Assembly: GCF_040938485.1 (NCBI RefSeq)
Contig: NW_027272134.1
Location: 620,001 to 684,000, forward strand
DNA length: 64,000 nt
DNA from: Diadema antillarum
Taxonomy: Eukaryota
Direction: 5' to 3'
The notes below the pieces were generated by a model. It did not search any database, was not told the origin of the DNA, and saw only the letters and a program-made list of their open reading frames with translations. This document shows, one piece after another, positions 36,501 through 49,500 of the stretch (position 1 is its first letter; every line of letters begins with the position of its first letter). The position numbers and the translations under genes are program-made.

Positions 36501-38284
36501 GTTTCTCCCAAGAAGTATCAAGAGGAAGACGAAGAAGAAAAAAGAAACAGACAATTTTAAGTCAGTAAGATTCAAGGAAGTCCTTGCTCACCCAGCAGAC
36601 TCTCCCCCCGAGTCAGAGTCACTGTCATCCCTGGTGCGGTGGCGGTGGCTGCGCTTGCTGCTATGATGCTTCTCTGACTTGTCCCTGCTGCTACTGTGAT
36701 CATGGCAATGGAGGGGTAGCAAGAAAAAATGCACTATGGTAATCATTTTTTTTTTCTAGCTGTTGCTAGTTACCATGTTTCAAAATAAGGGGATTTCCAT
36801 TATAACCATGAAAGTGGAAATCTTCAAACACTTCCTGTGATATGAAACAAGCGCAAAAATGAAAAACACACAAATATTGTTGCTCGTTTCAACACTACTT
36901 CATATTTTGATTCCGCAGGATTTAAAACAAGCGAAATTCATCTTAAGTATCAGGCCAAGCACAAACATTTCCTTCTTGACAGTAATCAATTTGACAAATT
37001 ACCACATTTTCTTAGAGTTGCTTGACCCTTCCTGTATCAGGGACTATGGACAGAGATGCACAGTGCTATGGGGTTTTTTTGTGCCAATCAGCATCTAAAG
37101 CACTACACTGCTTTGAATCACTTTTAAAGGTGCATGGTCCCGGTGTTTTAGTCAAATGCGTACGTGGGCGCAAGGCGCAAGTTTCCTATAGAGGCCTATG
37201 CTATCGACTCCTCTTTGGCGCTTACGCTTTGCCCACTTCCCCGAGTCCGAAGAAGTCCGATTCACTGTAGTCAGTGGTCCGATCACAGTTCGGCTCATGA
37301 TTCGGCTGAGGGGGATGACAACTTCAGCAAACTTCTTTTTTGATGTCATAATAAGAAGCACATGTGCACGCATCCTGGCATTACTACAGACTGCGCAATG
37401 CGCAGAGAAGACATCGAAGGCAACGTTACTTAGCAACACCTACGCACTTTACTCTTGATGACAGCTCAACTTCGGTAATCTTCGTATCAATGCTAACGGT
37501 GATCGGCAGTATCATCAACAGCGCCCTCTACACTACCGGGACTATGCACCTTTAATTTCCTTCCAATTCACGTGACCTGAGCACACTAGGTGCTACACGT
37601 TTGTAGGCCCAATACACTTTGCACAGTCAACATTTCACTCACCATAGTATCGACGGAATGTAGTCATAAAGAGCAATTCAATAAATGACACTACTCTGTG
37701 AAAATGTCACATTGCAAGGGCGGATCCACGAATTCCGTAAAGGGGAGGTGCCTTTACAAAATTAAAAGGGGGCGCACGCGCCTCCCAATTTTTTCTTATT
37801 ATTTCTTTTGTTTAAAAAAATAATAAAGAGGGGGCGCGCACCCGGTGCGCCCCCCCCCCCCTCTGGATCCGCCACTGACTGCATTGTGTCCACAAATCTG
37901 AATAAGATGTATAATTGAAGAATGACCTCATATTACAGAAAGACATGCCTTTTGTATATATCCATAAAGGCAGTAGTCTCCTTGCAAACTATGTTAGTTT
38001 TTATGACCATACTGCAATCAATATAAAAATTGCACATCAGAAAATCATATACTGAGTTCTAGCGACTATATGTACAAGGCAATGGGAATCCAAAGCATCC
38101 CATAAAATTTCCTCCATTTTTCTTGAATGTCAGAGGCAATTGCAAAGTAACACTAGAAGAAACACTTTGTCCAGCAATTAAATAGAAACAAACCTAGTAA
38201 AAAGCCTGCCAGACTACACTGCAGTAAGTTTTCCCATTCATCTCCTCCCCCCCCCCTTTCATGAATGAGACCATTATTTTTTAC

Positions 38285-38322
<38 letters not shown>

Positions 38323-41300
38323 TTTCTATGTTGACCATAAAATTACTGTAAGCATTCAAAATAGACAACACCTGTGTTGGTTTTTTTTCACACTAACCAA
38401 CATTCTTATACATAAATTCATACTTATCAGAACTTTACCATCAAAACATTTGAGATGTGCCATGACTACATTAACCTGTTGAGGACGGTTTGATTTTGCT
38501 GCTACACGCATTTCCCATAGACGCTCGTGTGAGTATACTCGGGACTCATCCTCAACAGGCTAATATTTCACAAACCACCACATACCACTATTCTCCACAA
38601 ATAAATCAACAAATGTCAGCTATATTGCCACTGATATCACATCACACTTTGATCTGCTATCTATACAAGCATCACTCACCTTTTATGACTACTCTTCTTT
38701 TCTTTCCTACATACCAATGTGGCAGAAGGGACAAAAGGAAAGTGAACAAAAATAGTTACATACAAAATTAAGGTAAATATCATCTGTACAAGAGCAGAGT
38801 TTTCTAATAGTTTTTGAACTGAGCTACAAAGTGTTTGCATGAAAGGTGTAGAAGTCATGGTCCTAGCTGAGTTTTGAGCTTGAATTACAGAAATCCAGTC
38901 AGCCTTCAGTAATGGGTTAGCGCTGATGATGAGCTGTGACACACAGATGAGAAAAAAAAAGCCACACAAAACAAAAATATAAAAACACTACAATTAAACT
39001 ACAAAGCAACTGGAGTGGAATCTAAGACAGCTGCGATGAAGTTCAGAATGTTCACAGCAGTGAGGCCATGTGCCATTTACCAATTCAAATTGTGAAATGC
39101 ACAGTCTAAACAGACATTTATACCAGTTGATGTTTGATTCTGAAGGAAATGTGTCTAAAGTATGTGGCAGTACCGGTACATGTCTGGTAAAACAATACAA
39201 TAATCAGCCTTTATTTAAAAGGCTAAGGTTTCCTGTGCTACGTAGTAGCATAGCTACCATGGACCATGGCTCAGGGTTAGTCTCGTTTCCCAGGCTGAAG
39301 GTACTGCAAAGGTTAGAGCTTAAATCTTGTTATATGAGATGGAGGTTGCTATAACTCCTGAATTAGTTACAACTTCTGGAACAAAATTTTTAAATTTCTA
39401 CATTTCTAAAACAAATTTCTAGATAAACTTTTTACATTTGGTGCCTAATATGCTGTTAACGTTCCCATACCCTAGTAGGCACCATTTCCCAAGTTTCAAT
39501 ATGGATATCTAGCATCACTTACTCTAGTCTTTCAATTATATACTTATGAATTTATCCTGAGCCAGAATCATCTTGGTATCTTTCAAAAAGGATCCTCTAT
39601 CCTACCACACAATCAACTCTCATAATGAAAAAGCTGAAAATGTACTTTTGATATTTGAAGTCATCTTGAAAATATCATTCAGTATATGAGATGACAGAAA
39701 CTGGAGCTACCGGTATGTTGTAAGGTATGGAGGAACGTTATTGAGAGGACAGATCACGAGGAATTGAAAGAATTTCTACGATTTAAAGATGAGTATTCCT
39801 TCCGTGGCAGCAGAAAATTTTCCAGCTCTTTAAAAGCGTCTATGTACCAATATGACTGCCTACTGCCTACTTTTTAAAATGGTTTACGCTGCTTTTAGCA
39901 TTCGAAAATGAAAAAAGAAAAGTCGGCTTGCGTGAGTTTTTTTTTTTTTTTTTTTGGATGACTCTTACTTTGTGTGTGGCATTCTAATGTATAGAGCTAC
40001 AGATGCGTGTGTGCGGGTAGGTTTGACATGCAAGATTAAAGTGGTAACACGTGAATAAGACTCTGATCGTGATTTTCGTGCAAAAATCTGCATTTCAGCT
40101 GTTACACTACGCTTTACTCATTTGCCTTTGCACCGCATTCAATTCAACTGATGTTGGCATAACACATGGAATGACACATTAGAAACTATTAAAACTGAAA
40201 TGGAATGCATTAACATTGGAAAATAATTCCCCCCAAAATGGATCAAAATATATGTATGATTGCACACAGCAAAGAATTATGAAATGGCAGAGCAAAATGC
40301 AGCTTTTTGTTGTTGTCTATTTGGATATCTGAGGGGTTTCTTTAGAAGCACAATGCCACCAGAGCATATGAATTACATAGACAGAGACCAATTTCTTTTT
40401 TTTTTCCTTGTTCGCTTACCAAAAGTTTTAACTCTGCATCATTTCGATTCATGAAATATTTGTTTTTCCACCGCAAAATGGCAACTACAGCATTCCCAGA
40501 CATTGTCATAGCACATCAAAGAACTTTAGTTGCTGCACAGTCATCCTTTACACATTGTTGTAAAAGACTACAAGCTAGTTAAAGCCATTGTAAACACCTG
40601 CCTAGCTACATGTATGTTCCTCTAAAAACTAGCTACTAACAGGTCTTTACCCCAGTAACTTGAAGTCTGACTAGAAATAATTCCTCCTCAATGAAATGAC
40701 AATAACATGATTTTTCAGAACTTATATATATATATATATACATGTGGATGTATGAAAAATTAATCCCATGCATAATCCCATCAACAACAACTATAAAAAT
40801 TCTAAGACAACCACCCAGCTTATCTGAGATATCTGTAGATTGGTTGGGGGGGGGGGGTGTTTCATCAAGCGTTTTGTCATATATTTCTTCTGACAAACTG
40901 TTTTAAGCTACTGAAATCCTTGCATCTGATTGGCTGAGAGCAATTTTGTCAGAAAAAAAAAATATCAGACACAACGCTTGCTGAAATGCCCCCCAGATAT
41001 GTTGATGTTTCATTGATTCAATGTGTAGGTAATCTTATAATTTTTTTCTCTTTTTGGCACATCCAGTTCACTGGACTGAGTATTAACACAAAATAACAGA
41101 TAATTATCATGTTATGATTAAAGATCGATTTCAAACACTATGAAATAGACATATAAATGGCACCCTCCATGCAACACATCCTAGAATAGTATGCATCTTA
41201 GATGTGCTTGCGGAAAAATGTAAAACGACTATAAAGAGTGACCAGAGAGGTGTGTTGTTTGTTTATACATTGTAGCATTCAGGTGCCAGACTAAAGCCTC

Positions 41301-41392
41301 CCACATTTCCCTTTCTTGGTGGATGGTGCCTTATACACTCTTGCTTTATCATTCAGTTTCTTTCGCTTGTTGTTTTTTCCATGTGTGTGTGA

Positions 41393-41427
<35 letters not shown>

Positions 41428-44400
41428 AGTGTGCGGATGTGTGGATGTGCAGTTTGTAGTACACCCCTCACAAATTTTTTTTTGGGGGGGGCGCAAGAGG
41501 TGGGATGAAAACATTCCTTCATTTTCTATTTTCATTTTTCATGGAATCATGCCCCGCTTCACCTTAACAAACACCTTAGTGGGGATAGACAGTTTAAACT
41601 CCAACCACTTTTTACCTGCATGAGCTAATGTAATTTTCCTGAATTAACACAGCCCTGCTAAATAACAAAACACTGAACTAGGTTGAGAACCAGGAGTTAA
41701 ATCAAACCAAATATTTGATTTCCCTCCTATATCCCTGTTTATGTCATGTTTCTTCTTTTTTTTTTTGGGGGGGGGGGGTGGTAAGGGTTAAGGGGGTACT
41801 GGGAAGTAAAGAATAAAAAAAACAAAAACTGAAATTCAAACCCCCAGGCACCCATGTTGTGTAAGTGGTCACTTGAACCAACTCTGATCTTTCCATACTA
41901 AATGCATGTACACAACAGAAACTAAGTTGTCAAAGTCATCACAGTACCCAGGATTTGCATAGCATTTCATCAGACTTAACGGTGATGAGTGAATGGACAA
42001 TATAAGCACAGCAATAGACTTTTTGTGCACACGAGCAATACCTGTGTTTTTTACTCTTTTTCCTCTTTCCAGATCTATGTGAAAGCATGTCATATTATAG
42101 AAAAAGAAACATGGGACACAATTAGAAATGTATTTCTTTTTTTTTAGCAATCATTAAAACAAATCAAAGGACAACAACAACAAAAGTAACACACATAGCT
42201 CTACATAGAATGACAACAGTTAAACAAAAAATAAACACAGATGGAGATATAAATTCTTTTTTTTTTTTTTTTTTTTGCTGGACCAGGAAAGAAAGAGAAA
42301 TCATAGTTGTAGATGGACAGTCCAAACACACGCAACACACATGAAGAACAGACGTGTGTTAGGAATGAATGCACACTTGCATTAGGCCAAAGAACGTCAT
42401 ACCGAGTACGACTTGCAGCATAGCCAAGGGAACGTGGGAGGAGCCAAGGGGGTGGGAGGAGCCAAGGGGTGTGGGAGGAGCCAAGGGGGTGTAGGAGGAG
42501 CCAAGGGGTATGGGAGGGGGAGGGGGAAGGGTGGTGGGATATTAAAGGACGTGAAAGATTCACAGCAAGCCAGCAAAGCACAGAATAGAAAATAGCGGGG
42601 TGGAACCTGAGGCCATTTAAAGCATCATCGTTCAGGCAAAGGTCTCTTCCTACTCACAACATACATGTATGCAAAGAGTGCCACACGTGTAACGCACTGA
42701 CAGGGCTAGCAGGAACAACTCGGAATCTTGACATGCTTTAATCTCTAAGCCTTATGCTCCGACTGAGGTCCTTTTATTCACTGCAATTTTGGTTAGTTTT
42801 TAAAAAGAAATACCAGTATGTATATTCAACCACATATTTAATAACAAAATGATGTCAAGTTTGAAATATCTACACATAGTACTTCATAGAAATTGATCAA
42901 ATCTGTAATTCACCTATACTTGTCACCTTAGGACTATTGTTACAAGAGACCATTTTTTAAATAACAGGTTGGTATATTTTCTTCTTCTTTTCTGAGAGAG
43001 AAATATGACAATAACTGTTTTCGATGCACATTCTTTTCCGAAAGCCTAATCAACTAAACACTAGGAAATCAGTCATTCCAAGTTATTCCTGGGCACTGCA
43101 TTACACTCTTTATTTGGCAAATATGAAACACTCATGCGGTCGAATAGATGAAACAATATGGTATTTTGGTTTTTGAGAATGGCACAAAGCATTTTATAAG
43201 TGATGGGCCTAAAATATGGTGGGATTTAGAAACTGGTTCTTGTACACAGGAAGACAGGGCCTATTAAGATTTTCCAATTAAATTATAGCTTTGAGGTTTC
43301 TAGCAATGTTATACCTTGCATCCATTTTCATGTTAGCTTTTTTTTCTGATAGCATGATTATCAAATTACATTCTGGGGAAAAAAAGTCATGTTTGTATGT
43401 ACATATATATTTTTTAGAATTTTTAGATATTTTTGGTTCTGTGAAATAAAATTGTAAGAGAACGCTTCCTCTCCCAATTTGCAAATTTACTATAATTATG
43501 AAGTAGAAACTACAAAATGTAGCTGGGTTTTGCATGTACATTAATTAAAAGTAATAGTGACTAAACGATAGCTGTTTATCACAAACGTTCTTTCACTTTG
43601 CCAGAATTGGTGGGCTATTTCAGTGATAAACAACAAGTGCTACACTATTTGTAAATGGTATATTGTCAAAAGAGGTTGAACTCGGCAAATCAGGAATTAA
43701 TTCCAAACATATATACACCACTTGACTTGATGACAAGAAAACCTCATTTCTTTCCTACCTGAGCACAACTGATGCAACTGCAGTGACATATCATTAAAAG
43801 TGGTAAAAATTATTAAACATATGATCAGAAAGAGGAAATATACTCTCGCTCGCACTCACACATATTATATATACACATATAAACACACAACTTCAGAGGA
43901 ACACAAACAAGATAATAAAAGTATTGGCACACTACCAAGTACCATACATTTGGATCTTTGTTTGTGTACTCTCAAAGACAACACTTATACACAATAAATT
44001 CCAATTCATATTTCATAGAATTGTACCCAAATGTAATCTGAAGATGCCACAAAGATGTGGTTATTCTAGAGAGAAAAGAAATTCTGTCATTGCATGCTAA
44101 TGTTTACGATGTATTGTATTTTATTAGTTATCTTTTTTCATGTGTTCTCTTGATTGCTAATTCAGCAATCAATTAGAAATGTCTTCCAACTTTTTAATCA
44201 CAAATGGAATTCACAATGAAATGAGAAGCAAAATAAGAAAAAAAAAAAACACATACACAGCTACCTAGATTGCAAAGTCCATTGCAAAGAGGGTGTAACT
44301 TCAGCTTCACTACAATAACACAGTAATATGAACACTGTATACACAACACAACAGACAGATAATACATTTGTTAAGTATCGCACAACAAAGCATGGAAATG

Positions 44401-46515
44401 AGTTGGACATGAGCAACTGTGACAAAGTGTTGGCTACCAGTGACCTATATTTATACATGATATAATAACAAGGAAGAGATTCTACATGTATAAATGTAGA
44501 CCAACACCCTGTTAAATTGCAAAGTATTTTATGGAGTGCATCTAATGTTGAATGCATGTTAACCCATGGTATATGATTAGCAAAGTGAATCAATTATCTC
44601 CCACCCAACACACCTCAATGAAAGTCACCAAATGATGCATTTGAGTACAAAACATGTTGCTACATTCAGCTATCTGTGTAATTCTTTTCCAATAAGAGTA
44701 TTCATAATTTATGACTTCCATTTGTCAACATGCATTATGCACATTTGAAAAATAACAAAACAAAAAAACAAAAAAGTGCACATTCAAAGCAAGCTGGAAA
44801 ATTACAGAGTTGTATTATAGCTGAGATGATGATGTATACTTTACCATTGCCTAATGCTTGTGGGTACAAATTATACTTACTACTGTCACCAGCTGAAATC
44901 AGATTATGTATATACACTGCATACTGCACGGTAAACAGATAAATTGGATCCCAGTACATACTACCCAGAATATACCAACCCTAGATAGTCATACCAAATA
45001 CTAAATAAGTACAGGTGTAGATGTTTATTTGAACAGTAAATATAATAATTTGGTAAAGCAGACTTTAGCTTTTCATGGATACCTTCACCATAGTCTTCAA
45101 GTCTATCATGACAGCAACTCAAAACAACATATTTTATGTTTTCCCACAAAAAGATTTGTAATCTTTAATAGAATATCTGTCTCATCATATTAAAAGAGGG
45201 AGAATGTGATAGAATTTCAGTACAAGGCTATGTGTGATATCAAATAGTTTATGTTAAAGTGGCCATTGCTAAACTGACTAGGTGTTAAATGGGGCCATCT
45301 ATATTGCATTTACTATACTACATGTACAAGCATGATGATTTTTCATGTTTCTATTGGAATATGTGGTGCAAAGATTTCGCCGAATAATACCGGAGCATTA
45401 TTCAAATTTTGTGTTATATGAATCCCATATAATCCAGTCAAAACTATGCTCCATATCATATTGAATGGCAACAAATGTATTAATGAATTATTTCATGTTG
45501 AGTTCTAGATGATATTCAACACATTTATTTGGGTGCTGGTCTAACTGGTAGTGAAAAGGCAACCAAAAGAATAAAGAAAATGGGCAAAATATGAAAGAAA
45601 AAAAAATGCAAAAGATGACTGAAAACAAGACTAGCTTCATGGATATTCAGTGACAGCATGCAGCAAGAGTAGTGCAGCAGCCTTAAAAATTGTGGAAAAA
45701 CTAGTTTTAAACTCAGCATGCATTAATCAGACCCCGACATCAGGAGGAAAAAAAAAAACACCATTGTTTGAAAGAAATGCAGGAGGAATGAATACCACAG
45801 AAATAAGAGAGTGAATAAAAAGATGGGCAATACAATAGAAATAGTGCCAATACACATTCAATGTAAACTTTAAAAAAAAAAGTAAGAGAGATAAAACAGC
45901 ATGGATTTATTGTGACATACACATACTAGTAATCCAGACATAATACATTTGTATACAAAAGACTGCAATGGAATACTTTGTACCGGTATTTCCCATACAT
46001 AGGCAACAAAGTCAGGTTGACTAGTAACCTATCAATCTAGTCAACTTTAAAAAAAAAAAAATCTACATCTTCAGGAGACCAACTCAATACAATCTGGTGT
46101 AGATAAGAATGTTTCGCCGCTGTGACTACACATGATGTAGTGAAGTGCACCTAAGATGTAACTTGAGCATGTGAAATGTAGGAGTAATGATTTGAATATG
46201 GGCACCCACAGCTCAGTGTTTCATATTGAGTTCTGCAGAGTGACTGGAATACGTTGTGATTCCAAAAAAACTACCAGTCCATACATTGATTTGAGAATAA
46301 TCCGAGTCAGGGGAATAAGAGAACAGGGAGGCCTGTTTAAGTGCTGTGACTTAAACTCCAGAAGTGACTTTCAAGATAAGGCAGGTAGGTCACTGCACTG
46401 TAAAGTCACTCCTATCCCATATCTTCTATTGCACTACATGTCTGTAAGGCATTCATATCACCTACAATTGTATTTCCCTCTCTCTCTTTCTCACCCACCC
46501 ACCCACACCCACACC

Positions 46516-46557
<42 letters not shown>

Positions 46558-49500
46558 AACACACAAACACGGGTGCATTTTCCACATGCACATAGGTAAA
46601 TGCTTTGATCTTCACTTCAATGCAGACCTAAAAATGAACATTATAAACAAAAATCTGAATCACACAATACCTTCATCAGATTTAATCAAAATTCAAAAAT
46701 TGATCGATCTAAGCAGCAACGTCTATTCTTACATATGATATGTGAACAAATTTTATCTTCTGCTTCTGTATCCACTGCTCAAAATGAGAAATCAGTCTTT
46801 CCCATACTCATGGCTGTATTGTGTGCAGAGCAATATCACGACGTAAAATTTAGATCTCTGTTTCATCCTACATTAATGAGTTTGTTTTCATACTGAAAAC
46901 AAATCTTGCTCTTTCCAAACCTGTCATTTTACGTAGCATTGCATATGATTAATTTCTACACCATGAATTCATCTTGAAGTTGAGGTATTGTAACGCCATA
47001 TATTTTGGGAGTCTAATTTTTCACAGAATCGGGACTTCCTGACAATTTTGCCAGTTATTAAATTTGTGATCTTGGAATAAAAATGGAAAAATGTATGCGG
47101 TGTGCACATCGCATTCATGTCAGGATCAGCTTTAGTGGTTATTTTCACACATTTTTGCATTGGCGAATAGCACCTGACTCTATATTAACGAAAATAACAA
47201 CCCTGCGAAATATATGGCATATACAGTACCTACCTAATTTCTCCCGTTTAATATGATATCAAAACATCTGGATTATAGATTAACCAAGAGTATCAAATAC
47301 TTACCTTCACACTCAATCATTTGTTGCAGAACTGATTTGTTTTCATGAATTAAAGACTACACAAACAAAATGCACCAGCAATGATAGGAGTTTGTAGATC
47401 TATGGCATTAAATTTTATTAAATGGCTACAAAGAACTGATTAAGCTTGCCTAAAAATGTGCCTGAGCACTTGTAGAAGTCTACCAAATAGACCTGTTTTC
47501 TAATATATATCCAAATTCTAGGTATATCTTTGTACGAAAAGGTTCTTCTTAGCGAGCAGAAAGCTTGCCAATAGCTTGCTCAACATGACAACTACCAATG
47601 CATGCAAACTAATATCACTGCATTGTAACTGTCAGTCAAGGGCATGTTGGGGAAAAAAAACCTCACAAAAGCAAAGCTTATCAATCAAACCTCTGGGAAC
47701 AGATTTCCACAAATATGAATTTATCAGTAAACAGGACCACTTCCAAACATCTGGGGGTGCGCTCTGCAACCCAAGAAGCCACTACAGAAATCGGTATGCC
47801 CATATACCAACTAAGAACCGGCCTATCCCTTGGATTTCTTGCCTAAGAACCTTTTTTTTTTAAAATAAAAACAAGAGGAAGAAAACTCTATGAAATGTAC
47901 TAACCCAACAACCCCAGCACTGTGAGTATATGGTAGCAGTTTGGTGCAAACTACATCGCTAAACTCAACGTTTCTTTTCCTGATACTCTGAAAACATCTG
48001 TTCCTTCACTCAGCACCCAAAGATATTGTGTGCGTAAATGTAAAGCATGTATAAGCGGGTATGTGTGACAGTGATTTTAATACGGTACTTGAATGAAGCC
48101 CATCTCAAAGAAAGCACCAAGCCTGGGCATATAAAACCCACTAGCAAACCACTGCTTGCTTGCTGCACTTAATACCCACAACCATACACAGGAAATATAC
48201 ATACAAAGAATTTGAATTTGGTGTATGAAGTTTATTATGTATGAATAATTAAAGGTTTCATTTACAGTCACCAAAACATTGTGCACTTATATTCCAGCAG
48301 AGCAATTCATCTACAGCAACATGAAAATTGACAAAATTCAGATTTCTGTTTTTCAGTGCCACAAATTAAAGCAGTTTGACTTTACTGCATTACTACCAGC
48401 ACCAAATCAGATAAGAAATAATATTCTGTTCTTGTCAACTTACTCATGCATCCCTTTCAAAGTGCATTGTTTTTAAGACATAATGTGTGGGCATGTGAGT
48501 GCTGAATGCACAACTTTTCCACCTATCAATATTTCTGCTGCTTTGTGACAAGATGTGGGGGCACTTTACCACCCATATATGGATGCTGGCCATTACACCA
48601 GTTTTACAACTGACTGCATGATGGTGGGAGACCCCCAGCTGCAGAGACTCGCAAAAACTAAGTTAATCATTCCCTCTTTTACTACTGATAACTTCCCTCT
48701 GTACGTACGGTATAGCCCACACATGAATGATGAACACGCAGGCTACAAGATCTCCCTCATACTGGTCGCCACACAGCATTTCTCCTATAGCATCGTTCCA
48801 AAATATCTCAGCATCACATGAAACGGTTTTGGGGCTTCTAATTCGAATTTCTAGTCACAAAGCTGCAAGTGTGAGGCTTGAAGATGAATTAGCTATTCCT
48901 ATATTCAACCAGAGGATTCAAACATTGAGGATGTGTAGCTTGCTTTGGCCCCTGCCATAAGAATTAGTTGTGGTGTTTAATAATGGCAGCTAGATTTTGA
49001 AATTAAATTGCAACAATTTCAACTATCCCCCACACTAAGGCTGTGTACGTACCCAAAGATCAAGTGTGTCTATGTAAGTATGTGGTGGGTGTGGCATGTT
49101 TGTCGCAAAGGTAGTTTGAATCAAATCCATTGTTTTGATATAATCCACGGACCAAGCGTGAAGTAGAGGTACCTTTCGCATGTGTGTGAGCACAAGTTTG
49201 TAACTGGAAGTCTGCAGATGATGTGTACACAATGCACTGGCTAAATTTAAGCTACAATGTACCTTTGTGAATTCTGGAGATTTAATATTTTTGCTATCAC
49301 TATTTTCTTATTATCATACTTCAGGCGTCAAAAATGAGGTCACACACATCACAATGGAGTCATGATAAAATTCTTTATATTCTATAGTGACTGCTTCAAA
49401 CATCTAGGTTCTCTCTTTTAATGAACATGCCCAAATTATTGATTCACACCAAAAAAATTCTTTCCCATTTTTTTTTTCTTCTGGTATTTTTAGTTACATA

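Noticed and set aside
37226-37310. Coding alternative first exon giving an SRRM4-like short protein
   Set aside because: The ATG-containing frame ends in phase 1, whereas the next exon needs phase 2, and downstream exons have no in-frame Met.
44881-44892. 12-nt candidate microexon (cag|CTGGTGACAGTA|gtaagt) on the - strand
   Set aside because: Short weak pyrimidine tract, weak exonic donor positions and an in-frame TGA; such patterns arise by chance in long introns.
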